From the IMG/VR virus record IMGVR_UViG_3300038856_000064, positions 111,149-175,148 of that record: DNA of 64,000 nt. One strand, given 5' to 3'. Shown here piece after piece: positions 49,798-59,905 of this stretch; positions within the stretch are counted from its first letter, which is position 1, and the number at the start of each line of letters is the position of its first letter. The stretch comes from a virus. A model generated the notes under the pieces. That model saw only the letters and a program-made list of their open reading frames with translations, made no database searches and was not told the origin of the DNA. The position numbers and the translations under genes were made by a program.

Positions 49798-50937
49798 ATG
49801 AGCAACGTAATTACTGCATCAATTGCCGATGTTTTTTCTCGCCCTGCTGACGACAACTACGACTCGATGGATCGTCTGTTGGAAGTGGCAGAGGAGGAGA
49901 TGAATCAATCCCGCGAAGTTGCCACTACTGGTGGTAAGATCAAATTCGCTTTTGAGAATGGTTTTCAGATTGATATCGAAAACGGTAAGCACACCTTGCC
50001 ACTTACCAACTATTCGATGACACAAAGTGCTGCTATGGCAAAGATTCCGACTAATGTGTTGGAGCGTTTGTATCAGCGTGAACGATCTGATCTAGTTGTT
50101 GATAATCTCAACACTCTGTTCGAGAATAACCGAGCAAAGGATAAGTTTGTTCTCGTACGAGATACCTACAACGAGGATGGAACTATTAGCAGTATTGCTC
50201 GCGCTATGAATGGTGGCGACTACTCCCGTCTTTGGGACTATGAAGTTTTTGCAGAGATGCAGGACTTTCTTATCCCGCTAGGGTTCACACCTAACCTGCC
50301 CAAGCTGCGATCCGAGGCTATGCGTAACGGACTCATGCATAACCTAGATACTGGATTGTTTCGGGGAGACCAATGTTCGTTTGGTTTCTTCTTTGTCGAA
50401 CAGGATCTCATCGGAGATAGTAGTAGTCTAGGTGGACTAAAGCCCGGAATGATGGTGTTCAATTCCGAAGTAGGCGCACGTAGCTTTGGTTACCATACCT
50501 TCTACTACCACGAAAAGTCTGGGAACATTATCATCTGGACACCTTCACGACATGGACGGAAGCGTTTTGTGCATCGTGGTAATATTCAGAAGGCATTTAG
50601 GGAGTATGTCGCGACTCTAGAAGATGTGGCTAATAACTTTCAGGCTCGGTATACTGAAGATCTGGCCACGTTTGAGATGGCAATGACCACTGAGTATGCA
50701 AAGGATAAGGACGCGGCAGTTCAGAAGCTCAATAAGGACTTGAAGATCGCAGCGAGTACGGCACGAGCTATTGTTAGTGCAGCGGGGTTGCCACAAAACA
50801 AGTGTGGAAATGATCTGTCAGTCTGGAACATCGCCCTTGGAATTGCCTGGGAGGCGGGACAAACTGGACGAGCAGAAAGCCTCGTAGATAACACTCTAGT
50901 TGCTACTAAGATGATGAGGTCTATCCTTAAGGTGTGA
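49798..50937 (+). CDS. DUF932-like protein
   Basis: RP.D..Y.S, ARAM...YSRLWD.EV, G..VFNSEVGARS. Confidence 0.65.
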   Translation: MSNVITASIADVFSRPADDNYDSMDRLLEVAEEEMNQSREVATTGGKIKFAFENGFQIDIENGKHTLPLTNYSMTQSAAMAKIPTNVLERLYQRERSDLVVDNLNTLFENNRAKDKFVLVRDTYNEDGTISSIARAMNGGDYSRLWDYEVFAEMQDFLIPLGFTPNLPKLRSEAMRNGLMHNLDTGLFRGDQCSFGFFFVEQDLIGDSSSLGGLKPGMMVFNSEVGARSFGYHTFYYHEKSGNIIIWTPSRHGRKRFVHRGNIQKAFREYVATLEDVANNFQARYTEDLATFEMAMTTEYAKDKDAAVQKLNKDLKIAASTARAIVSAAGLPQNKCGNDLSVWNIALGIAWEAGQTGRAESLVDNTLVATKMMRSILKV

Positions 50938-51206
50938 TATGAAAATCAGCTACGACATTAATGCGTATAATGCAGCTATCTATTACGTTTGGAAAAACAA
51001 TAAGTATCTAGTAAATCATAACTATTCAGACGTAAAGGCGTGCTTGAATAAGCTGTTGTATAGGGGTATTGAAGATAGCGTGACCTATACCTCTACCGCA
51101 GGATTCATGATCGTCTTTAGTTATGGTGACGATTCGACCTTCGCGGACATTTTTGTTGAGCCTGCTTTGGATAAGCCAATTAATATTGTCGAACGATCTA
51201 TCTGAC

Positions 51207-51524
51207 ATGACAACTAAACTAATCTTTCTAGATGATATGAGGAGTCCACCTAGTGAAGAGTGGGAGCTAGCAAGAGATCCATTCAAGGCGTATGAGTCAA
51301 TCCTGAACGCTCACGATGCTGGTCAGGCTATTATAATTAGCCTTGATCATGATCTCGGTGAGAATATCCCCACCGGATATGACCTGCTAAACTGGCTCGA
51401 ACGTGATATCGCTACTCAAGATAATTTTCTGCCAGATATTTCTTTTCGTATTCATTCAGGCAATCCTGTTGGGTGTACTAATATGGAGAGGGCTATTCAG
51501 GCAATCGAGAGGCGATTATTGTGA
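51207..51524 (+). CDS. Cyclic-phosphate-processing receiver (cREC-like) domain protein
   Basis: IFLDDMR, ISLDHDLG, TGYD, IHSGNPVG. Confidence 0.8.
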   Translation: MTTKLIFLDDMRSPPSEEWELARDPFKAYESILNAHDAGQAIIISLDHDLGENIPTGYDLLNWLERDIATQDNFLPDISFRIHSGNPVGCTNMERAIQAIERRLL

Positions 51525-51898
51525 TCGCTAACGGACAACGGGTAAGAGTCTACTTCAATCTCCACAAACAGTGCTTGTCTATTATGGACAAGAAAACCCG
51601 CCGTGTTGTAAGTCATGTAGAGTTCGTGCATCTAGAAAATGTAAGGTTTATCGTGTCTGCTGCCGGCCTGGAGCGTGTCAGACGCGAGCAACGCAAGCAG
51701 GTTATTGCCTTCGCTGAAGGTGACATCACTAATAGTAATGGTGAAAAGTGCAATAGTAATCCGAGCTGGGCGCGTGTATACTTTAATCCATATAAGGTCG
51801 ATACGTTTGTAGTAGGTGACAAGCCTATCTACGAGGCTGATCGAGTATATATTCGAGGTCGTAACATTTACGCTCGTCGCCAACCGTCTCGTGTATAG
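51521..51898 (+). CDS. Conserved phage hypothetical protein
   Basis: VRVYFNLHK..S, VS.AG.ERVRRE.RK.V.AF, YFNPYK. Confidence 0.7.
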   Translation: MIANGQRVRVYFNLHKQCLSIMDKKTRRVVSHVEFVHLENVRFIVSAAGLERVRREQRKQVIAFAEGDITNSNGEKCNSNPSWARVYFNPYKVDTFVVGDKPIYEADRVYIRGRNIYARRQPSRV

Positions 51899-51952
51899 AA
51901 TAATAAAATGATCGATTCGTAAATTTAAAGACTGCTATAATAAAGGAAAACA

Positions 51953-52567
51953 ATGCGTAATCTACTAATGATTTTGTTGGCGACTATGCCATTTCTTTTC
52001 GCTGCCTGTCACAAGCATACCCGTATCGTCGATGAGAGTATCCCAGGAGCAGACGGGCAAGATGGACAGGATGGCCAAAACGGACGAGATGGAATTGACG
52101 GCGCAGATGGACTATCCGGTATCGGCTTTGACTATGTGCGAGGAATGGATGGTGCCAAGGTATGTAATCGCGCTATTATTGTCAACGCCAATCTAGTGCT
52201 TCCATCTAGCATTTTGATGTTTGCACCCGCCGAGGACCCTTATGATCCGGATGGTCTAACCCTAACCTTTGGAACTCAAGACCTGGCCTTTAGGGTTTAT
52301 CTAGGCTTTATGAATAGGGGAGAATACTGCGTGATTGAGAAGGAGCATGGGTATGGCTGGCAAGCAATTGATCAACTGGTATTCTCCCAGGATGGTTTCG
52401 TTGCTATTGTTCCTGAAGAAACACTATCGCTCTTTGAGGATAGTTTTGTTGCTACATTACTAGAGCAGGGTATCCTAGTTGAGTTTGATTCTTGCAAGAC
52501 TCTAGACTATAGCAGGCATTGCCTAAAGATTGGTAGCAAGATTCGTATTAACTTCGGACGAGACTGA
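51953..52567 (+). CDS. Putative lipoprotein with a short collagen-like repeat
   Basis: Signal peptide ending FAAC; (GxD)n repeat. Confidence 0.7.
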   Translation: MRNLLMILLATMPFLFAACHKHTRIVDESIPGADGQDGQDGQNGRDGIDGADGLSGIGFDYVRGMDGAKVCNRAIIVNANLVLPSSILMFAPAEDPYDPDGLTLTFGTQDLAFRVYLGFMNRGEYCVIEKEHGYGWQAIDQLVFSQDGFVAIVPEETLSLFEDSFVATLLEQGILVEFDSCKTLDYSRHCLKIGSKIRINFGRD

Positions 52568-52568
52568 A

Positions 52569-53426
52569 ATGATCAAGACAGAAACAAAAGATGGTGTTTG
52601 CACGCACGTTTTCTTTACCAATACTGATGGTAAGGATTTTGGGATGCCTCGCGAACGCATCATTCACTACGAGACGTATTGTTCCCGCAATGATGAGGGT
52701 GAAGAGGTTTTCTATTCTGACAAGACATATGTAAACTTTATGAATCCTAACGGCAAGAAGGGCAATCTACTACATGCTGTAGTGAATATGCCAGTGCGCA
52801 TGTTCTACGACCAGGTAATTCGACCAGCTTATGAAGGATAAAGACGCCGAATTCATGTATGTGGTTCGTGATATGGTTCAGCGCTTTGCTGATGGAGAAC
52901 ATCACACCATAAGTACATTCGATTTGTTGAGGTCTAAAGATCTGACGATGGAAAAGGTCTACCTTCTTTTGGTCAATCAAAGTGATTACCAAGTTATGGC
53001 CCTCATGTTGAGATTAATGCAGAGAGATGAGTCAATTGCCAATCGTATTTATCGAGTCATTGCGGAAGAGGTGGATAAAATGGATGACGAGGGGCTATTG
53101 CGAAACACATAAAGTACTCGGGCTGATCGCGGCACTATCGAATTTTAATAACTAGAAAAGGAAACAAGAGGTAATATGATATGGTTACAATTAAGTTAGA
53201 AAATCTAAATGATGACGGACTAGATGTCTGTGTTAGTAGCTTAGTGGATAATGACGGTCCATTCACATTGATCGAGTGTGACCCCCTGAGTACAGATAGA
53301 ATTATTCTCTCAGTAAAGAACGTAGGCATCCCCGGTGTCATCGGACCAGGAATTGAGTTTGACGTTTCAGAATTGGTTCGAAATGCCATCAATGAGCAGA
53401 GTAATTCTGATTATTTTCGCACCTAG
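52569..53426 (+). CDS. Three hypothetical proteins (52569, 52831, 53181)
   Basis: Plus-strand ORFs. Confidence 0.5.
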
Positions 53427-53453
53427 GGGCTAGGTGTGTGGTATACTACAAAC

Positions 53454-54833
53454 ATGAACACGATCCCAGACAAGGCCCGCAGAGTCATGGATTTGCTCCA
53501 GAACCGTTACAATTGCGGTGAGGGTGCGAATTCAGTTAAGGCTTTGGTTGTAGGTGGTTTCGTTCGTGACTCACTACTAGGTGTCCAAAGTAAGGATATC
53601 GATATTGAGGTCTACAATATGGACCTAGATACGATTGCCTGGGCTCTACGTAACGAGGGCTTTAAGGTCGATGCTGTCGGTAAGGCTTTCGGCGTGCTCA
53701 AGATTGATAACGAACTGGACATTTCGGTCCCGCGACGCGAAAACAAGGTTGGCGTTGGTCATCGTGGCTTCAATGTCGAACCCGATCCGAATATGAGCGT
53801 CGAGGAGGCGGCTAGTCGCCGAGATTTTACGATCAATTCAATGGCTATGGATCTAGACGGTAATATTATCGACCCACATCATGGGCAAACGGATCTAGAT
53901 GTACGTTGTCTCCGAGCAACGTCTCCTAATACGTTTATTGAAGATCCTCTGCGCGTAATGAGAGGAATGCAATTTGCGTCTCGTTTCAGTATGTGGATTC
54001 ATCCAGATACGGAACATCTTTGTCGTCAAATGGCTCCACAGAAGTCTGAGCTTCCTAAGGAAAGAATCTGGGAAGAGTGGAAGAAGTGGGCTCTTAAGGG
54101 CGTAAAGCCTTCCGACGGACTCATGATTATGTTTTACTCTCATTGGCTCGATCCCGAAATTAAGGTACTGTATAAAACTCCACAAGATCCAGAATACCAT
54201 CCTGAGGGGAATGTATTTATCCATACGTGTCATGTTGTAGATGCTGCTGCTGAAATTGCAGAAAGAGAGCAACTAGAAGATAATGATAGGTTGGTGCTTA
54301 TGTTCGCGGCGCTTTGCCACGACTTCGGCAAGCCGTCCACGACGACGTTTGAGCGTGGCAGGTGGCGCGCTAAGGGGCACTCTCAGGCTGGCGTAGAGCC
54401 GGCACGGGCATTCCTAGAGCGCATTGGTGCGCCTTCTGGGGTCATTCTAGAGGTTCTTCCACTAATCCAGGAGCATCTCGTACATGCAGGGATTGATAAC
54501 CCGTCACCTAGAGCAATCCGGAGGCTAGCTAATCGTATCGCACCATCTAATATCAACGCACTGAGTAGGCTTATCGAAGCAGATCATTCTGGCCGCCCTC
54601 CATTGCCTAAGGGGAATCCTTTTCTGGCATGGGTTAAGAGGGCTAATGAACTTAATGTTTCTAGTAGTAAGCCGCAGGCTATTCTGCTTGGTCGTCATCT
54701 TATCGAGATGGGTATGAAGCCAGGTATCGATATGGGGGTGGTTCTAAAGAGGGCATTCCAGGCGCAACTAGATGGCGACTTTGATAATATTGATAATGCA
54801 AAAGAGTGGGTTAAAAACCAAGGAGAAGCTTAA
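53454..54833 (+). CDS. cca: Class II tRNA nucleotidyltransferase (CCA-adding type) with HD domain
   Basis: VGGFVRD..DIDIEV, RRDFTIN, EDPLR, ERIWEE, QDPEYHPEGNV..H, LCHDFGK; leaderless start. Confidence 0.92.
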   Translation: MNTIPDKARRVMDLLQNRYNCGEGANSVKALVVGGFVRDSLLGVQSKDIDIEVYNMDLDTIAWALRNEGFKVDAVGKAFGVLKIDNELDISVPRRENKVGVGHRGFNVEPDPNMSVEEAASRRDFTINSMAMDLDGNIIDPHHGQTDLDVRCLRATSPNTFIEDPLRVMRGMQFASRFSMWIHPDTEHLCRQMAPQKSELPKERIWEEWKKWALKGVKPSDGLMIMFYSHWLDPEIKVLYKTPQDPEYHPEGNVFIHTCHVVDAAAEIAEREQLEDNDRLVLMFAALCHDFGKPSTTTFERGRWRAKGHSQAGVEPARAFLERIGAPSGVILEVLPLIQEHLVHAGIDNPSPRAIRRLANRIAPSNINALSRLIEADHSGRPPLPKGNPFLAWVKRANELNVSSSKPQAILLGRHLIEMGMKPGIDMGVVLKRAFQAQLDGDFDNIDNAKEWVKNQGEA

Positions 54834-55583
54834 TGAGTAAATTTGTAGTAACAGAGACACTGTTTCAGTATAATGACGAAGGGCACGATATCGCCGAAGA
54901 TGAGGCGGGACTTCCCGTTGCGGTGTTCGAGGATAGGCAGTCCGCCGTCGATTATGCACGCAATCGTACTATTGATAGTTTTCTTTTAGGCTACTATGGT
55001 GAGCAGCTAGAGGGCTTTGGGGCAGAGATTAGTAGTATCTTTAAAGAAATGCCATCATTTGTTTCAATGGATCCTGATGATTTCTTTTTCGGAGAAGAAT
55101 ATTTTGATCTGGATGTGATTATTAATATTAAGAACCGTTCACGAGAACAACTAGAAGAGATTGCTGACTGTTTAGCATTTTCACCATTTAAAATTACGGA
55201 GGTGTATGATGTTTGTAGTAGTTAAGACATCGTTCGAGTATAATGACGAGCATCACTCTGTCACTCAGGATGGCGGTGGTATTCCTGTAGCAATCTTTGA
55301 TAATTTAGCTAATGCTGAATCTAAGGCAAAAGAGCTTACTATCAGTGAATTCCTAAAGGGGTGGGCATCTGAGCTTTGGGGATTTGGAGAAGAGATGTGT
55401 TCTATTTTTAAGAAAAAGCCATCATTTATCGAAATGGAAGAAGATTCTTTTTTAAACATGGCATACTATAATGGTGATTATATGGAAGAAATTTTAGACA
55501 TGAGGTTGTATACTGATGAACAACTAGAAGAGATTGCTAGTTGTCTTGCATTCAAGCCATACGAGGTATATGAGGTAAACTAA
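54833..55583 (+). CDS. Two tandem acidic paralogs (54833..55225 and 55206..55583)
   Basis: Both FVV.(E/K)T.F.YNDE...G.PVA.F...EQLEEIA.CLAF.P. Confidence 0.7.
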
Positions 55584-56001
55584 TGAGTGACTCTAATTCT
55601 ACAAGCGGGCGACTGGGGCTTTTCGGTATTCTATTTATCGTTTTTCTAGTGCTCAAACTCGCCGAAGTTGGCAGTGTGGCCACCTGGAGTTGGTGGTGGG
55701 TAACTGCGCCGCTTTGGATTCCGCCAGCCATAGTTGTTGCAGTGTTTGTACTCATCGGCGCATTTGCCGTCTTTGCAGTAGCCGTAGGTGCGCTGTTTAA
55801 GTATCTGAAGAGGTAATGATGGACGAAAATACTCCAAAACTTACTCTTACAAAGGGCATGTTCCTTCTTTTCTTAGGACTTAAGTTAGCTCAAGTTGGTA
55901 TGGTTGCTGACTGGAGTTGGTGGTGGGTTACCTCTCCTATGTGGATTACTTTTCTTGTTCTTGTTATTAAAGGTATAATAGAAAATAATGACCGCTGGTG
56001 A
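55583..56001 (+). CDS. Two tandem small membrane paralogs (55583..55816 and 55816..56001)
   Basis: LKLA.VG.VA.WSWWWVT.P.WI. Confidence 0.75.
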
Positions 56002-56806
56002 CTCTTTAGGTGATCGAATTAAGCGGTATGAAGCGCAAGAAACATACGAGCGTTTCCTGCCTAATACACCCATAGTTGCGCGAATTGATGGACGATGTTT
56101 CGGCAGGTTCACAAAAAGAATGCATCGCCCATTTGATGAGAGGTTCAGTGTGATAATGCGAAATGTCACAGCGCGCTTAGTAAAAGAAACGGGGGCATGT
56201 ATCGGCTATACTCAAAGCGATGAGATTAGTTTGTGTTGGTATAATCCTACACCGGGCTCTGATATCTTTTTTGGTGGACGTAAATTTAAGATGGTAGGGC
56301 AACTAGCGGCTCTAGCGACAGCTTATTTTCATATTGAATGTTCGATGTCAGGACTAGGAGCTAGAGTCCAGGAACAGGCGCCAACATTCGATGCCCGTGT
56401 TTTTGCTGTGCCAAACCTTATGGAGGGCGTTAATGCTATCTTGTGGAGGCAGCGCGACTGTCTAAAAAATTCGACATCGATGATTGCGAGAGCATTCTTT
56501 TCTCATAAAGAACTCCTAAACAAGAATCAATGTGATATGATTGAGATGTTGTCAAGCAAGAGTGTCTCTCTAGATGACTATCCATGGCAATATCGTGAAG
56601 GAACATTTATCCAAAAGAAAGTCGTAAGGCGTAGACTTACAGAGATAGAGTTAGCCGCGATTCCTAAGTATCGTCGTTCGCAAAATGACGAGGAAGTTTG
56701 TCGCTCGCAGTATGTCGAGATACAGATCCCACTATTGTCTAAGTTGTCAAACTCCATAGATGTTATTTTCTTTGGAGCAAATCCATTACCAAAAGAGGAA
56801 GTATAA
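55988..56806 (+). CDS. Thg1-like 3'-5' nucleotidyltransferase (tRNA-His guanylyltransferase family)
   Basis: ARIDGRCF..FT...PFD, YTQSDEIS, FGGRKFK, FDAR, WRQRD..KNS. Confidence 0.92.
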   Translation: MTAGDSLGDRIKRYEAQETYERFLPNTPIVARIDGRCFGRFTKRMHRPFDERFSVIMRNVTARLVKETGACIGYTQSDEISLCWYNPTPGSDIFFGGRKFKMVGQLAALATAYFHIECSMSGLGARVQEQAPTFDARVFAVPNLMEGVNAILWRQRDCLKNSTSMIARAFFSHKELLNKNQCDMIEMLSSKSVSLDDYPWQYREGTFIQKKVVRRRLTEIELAAIPKYRRSQNDEEVCRSQYVEIQIPLLSKLSNSIDVIFFGANPLPKEEV

Positions 56807-57817
56807 TGAGTAAGCTAGATGAATTGATTGAGTCTTATGGTGAAGATTATGCCGCTCGGCGCGCCAAGGCAAAAAAGAATGTTGTTGAAGTATTCGACGC
56901 TATCTTTGAGGAAATTCCAGACCTGAAGTTTATTAGGATGATAGGCTATACCCCAGGGTTCAATGATGGAGATCCCTGCACTCATGAAATGCTGGCTATG
57001 GTCGATGGCTATGGTTCTCGCGATTTGCTTGAAGGACTTGCGGATCAGTATTATGATGAGGATGAAGTAGACTACGAAGCTATGCTTGAAGACCATCCCG
57101 AACTTAAGGACATGGTTTACATCAAGGGATTTTCCGAGCGTAAATGGAATGACGAGACTAATAAGGTAGAAGACGTAGCCCTTAATGAATTCCAAACTCT
57201 TTGTATGAAAGCGCATAAGTTGCTTTACGCCATCAATGATGACCTAGAAATTGTTTACGGGACTGATTGGCAAATTACTTTGACACGAACTGATAGTAGT
57301 TATACTATCGATGTAGATCATTACAGTTGTGGATATTGAAATGGAACGAATTAACAAACTACTAGAGGCTCGTCGCGATAATCGAGATAACAAAGAAATT
57401 CGTCGTGCCGCACAGAACACAGTTAACGAAGTCGTCAGCGCTGTCTTTACTGACTTGCCTGACGTGAATATTCTAGGTGCGCAGGGTTATACCCCACACT
57501 TTAATGATGGAGATATCTGTGAGTGGAGGTTTGAAGCTAGTATCGATTGGGTAGGGGTCGATGATCTTTATTACTCGCCTATTTCTTCTGATAGCGTTCA
57601 ATATAGCGAACTATTTACTCGTGAAATTCCCCATTGGACCGAGTATAAGTCAATTCCTGAGTATGACAATCTCCTAACTGCGCAGGCATTGTTCATCACA
57701 CTAAGTAAAGAATTTGAGATTCTAGATGAGTCTAACGGAACCTGGTGGCTTTTTATCCGCGACCCCAATGAGGAAAACGGCTTTCGTATCGAAAGTGGAA
57801 CCTTCGACCATGACTGA
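56806..57817 (+). CDS. Two tandem paralogs (56806..57339 and 57329..57817)
   Basis: Shared GYTPxFNDGDxC. Confidence 0.7.
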
Positions 57818-58412
57818 ACACATCTTTAATCCATCGCGCCCGGCGCTTGGAGAGAGACTAAAGCAGCCCGGCATTTCTCAGATTGAGCATGTGCCATGCT
57901 TTAAATATGCCGATTATGATTATGTCTATGATCGGTGCGATAATGATTATGTTCGCCATGTGTTAGACAATATCCCTATTTACGGTGAGCATAAACGAGT
58001 ATTGATTGATGTAAAGGTTCACGATCTAAAGCGTGGCGAAGTTCCATGTGTGCCTGGTTGGCATCTAGATGGATCTATCAACCCCCAAAACTTACCCAAG
58101 AGGCCAGAAACGTTCACGCTATTCGTTACCGGATTGTGTGCCCGCACTGAATTCATCGATCAGTCGCTAAAAATAAATGTGGAAGATTCTTGGAATTTTG
58201 CCACCATGAACAGGAAATGTGCTAGAATGATTCCAGAGAGCGTGGACGTCTGGACGCTGCCTAGTTGCCAGTTCGCCACCTACGGCGACCATTATTTTCA
58301 TCGAGGTCCAGTGGCGCGACGTGACGAACGACGCCTACTAGTAAGAACTACAGAAACTGACATCATTCGGCCTAAAAATTCGATTTACACACCACATACT
58401 CACGTTAAATAA
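57810..58412 (+). CDS. 2OG-Fe(II) oxygenase-like protein, paralog of 44303..44962
   Basis: IDVKVHDL..PCVPGWHLDG...FHRG...RLLVR. Confidence 0.65.
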   Translation: MTEHIFNPSRPALGERLKQPGISQIEHVPCFKYADYDYVYDRCDNDYVRHVLDNIPIYGEHKRVLIDVKVHDLKRGEVPCVPGWHLDGSINPQNLPKRPETFTLFVTGLCARTEFIDQSLKINVEDSWNFATMNRKCARMIPESVDVWTLPSCQFATYGDHYFHRGPVARRDERRLLVRTTETDIIRPKNSIYTPHTHVK

Positions 58413-58420
58413 GGTATACT

Positions 58421-58561
58421 ATGTCACTTAAACAAAAGCCAAACAAGCACCTAAAGACAAAGAGCAACAAGAAAACGGGAACAGCGGGTTCTCGCGCTAA
58501 GCGTCGAAACAAGCACGGTGCTAACAAGAGTAAGATCAAGCGTTCTAGCAAGAAGAAGTGA
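58421..58561 (+). CDS. 46-aa highly basic peptide
   Basis: Not in the track; MSLKQKPNKHLKTKSNKKTGTAGSRAKRRNKHGANKSKIKRSSKKK. Confidence 0.55.
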   Translation: MSLKQKPNKHLKTKSNKKTGTAGSRAKRRNKHGANKSKIKRSSKKK

Positions 58562-58562
58562 T

Positions 58563-59900
58563 ATGTCAGAACAACTAGAAGAAAAAGTTCCATCAAAACT
58601 GATTGATGTTCTTGAGCATGCAGCGCTGAATGGCTTCAATGTAATCCTGACCGGAAGGCATGGATCTGGAAAAACGTCCATTATCAAGGAGTTGTTCGAT
58701 AGACTAGGATGGGTGTGGAAGTACTTCTCTGCCTCGACTATCGACACCTGGGTTGATTTTGTCGGCATTCCCAAGGAAGTAAATGGTGTCCTAGAACTCA
58801 TCCGTCCAGCCAATCTAGACTTCGAGAATGTAGAAGCCATTGTTTTGGATGAGTATAATCGTTCGCCAAAAAAGGTGCGTAATGCAACGATGGAGTTGAT
58901 TCAGTTTGGCTCCATTAATGGCAAGAAGTTTCCTAAACTTAAGGTCGTTTTTGTAGCAGTTAATCCAGACGATGACGATGACTTTAGTTATGACGTTGAA
59001 AAGCTGGATGCAGCTCAACTTGATCGCTTTCATCTAATTGTTCCTGTTCCAAGCAACCCTTGTCATTACTACTTCAAACGTGAGCATGGCAATGTCGGGG
59101 CACTTGCGGTTAAGTGGTGGCAGGGTCAGACCGAAGAGGTTAAGACCCTAATTAGCCCTCGACGCCTAGAGGCAGGCGTTAAGGTATATGCTGCTGGCGG
59201 TGATCCACAATATGTATTTGATCCCACGAAGGTTAATATCGCGGAGTTCTGTGACTACTTGGATAAGCCAGATCCAATTGAACTACTAGATGGAATGTGC
59301 GATAAACCTGAACAAGAAAAGAGGGATTTTCTTAGGGATCCGAATACCTACAAGCACGTCAAGCGAGATCTACTTGGTAAGGAGCGTTACCTAAAGGCTT
59401 TTGCTCATCTCTTGCCGCAGGCAGAGCTAATGACTGAGCTTCAGAATACTCGTGGCAATTGTGTTATCGGTCACGTATGTTCTAATCTTGATCGATTCCG
59501 GGAGCTTATCCCCATTGTATTGAGAAACCAATCTAACTACAGCGCGCGTGTTGTTGACGCGATGAAGTTGTATCAAGATACGGATGGCAACGAAGCGGAT
59601 ATTAGTCGTCTCGGGCGCACTGTTATGATTCAGGGCATTGAGCATAAGATGAGCAGTCTAGTGTTTTGCTTTACCGGGACGATCAGTAGTTTTAGTCGAG
59701 CGCGAGCCCAAGAACAGGTAGAATACTATGGTGCGAAGACCACTAATGTAGTAACTCACGAAACAACACATCTAGTTGCTGGCAAGAATCCTGGTAGGAA
59801 GGCAGAAATGGCAAAGAATAAGAATGTGCCAATCTTGACAGAGTCGGACTTTTATGGTATCCTAGGACAACTAGAGGTTCCCGCTAACACTACCGCGTAA
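58563..59900 (+). CDS. MoxR-like AAA+ ATPase with C-terminal BRCT domain
   Basis: GRHGSGKT, IVLDEYNR, AVNP, LDAAQLDRF; C-terminal FCFTGT..R..A...GAK...VT..TTHLVAG..PG.K...A..VPILTE. Confidence 0.88.
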   Translation: MSEQLEEKVPSKLIDVLEHAALNGFNVILTGRHGSGKTSIIKELFDRLGWVWKYFSASTIDTWVDFVGIPKEVNGVLELIRPANLDFENVEAIVLDEYNRSPKKVRNATMELIQFGSINGKKFPKLKVVFVAVNPDDDDDFSYDVEKLDAAQLDRFHLIVPVPSNPCHYYFKREHGNVGALAVKWWQGQTEEVKTLISPRRLEAGVKVYAAGGDPQYVFDPTKVNIAEFCDYLDKPDPIELLDGMCDKPEQEKRDFLRDPNTYKHVKRDLLGKERYLKAFAHLLPQAELMTELQNTRGNCVIGHVCSNLDRFRELIPIVLRNQSNYSARVVDAMKLYQDTDGNEADISRLGRTVMIQGIEHKMSSLVFCFTGTISSFSRARAQEQVEYYGAKTTNVVTHETTHLVAGKNPGRKAEMAKNKNVPILTESDFYGILGQLEVPANTTA

Positions 59901-59905
59901 CAATT

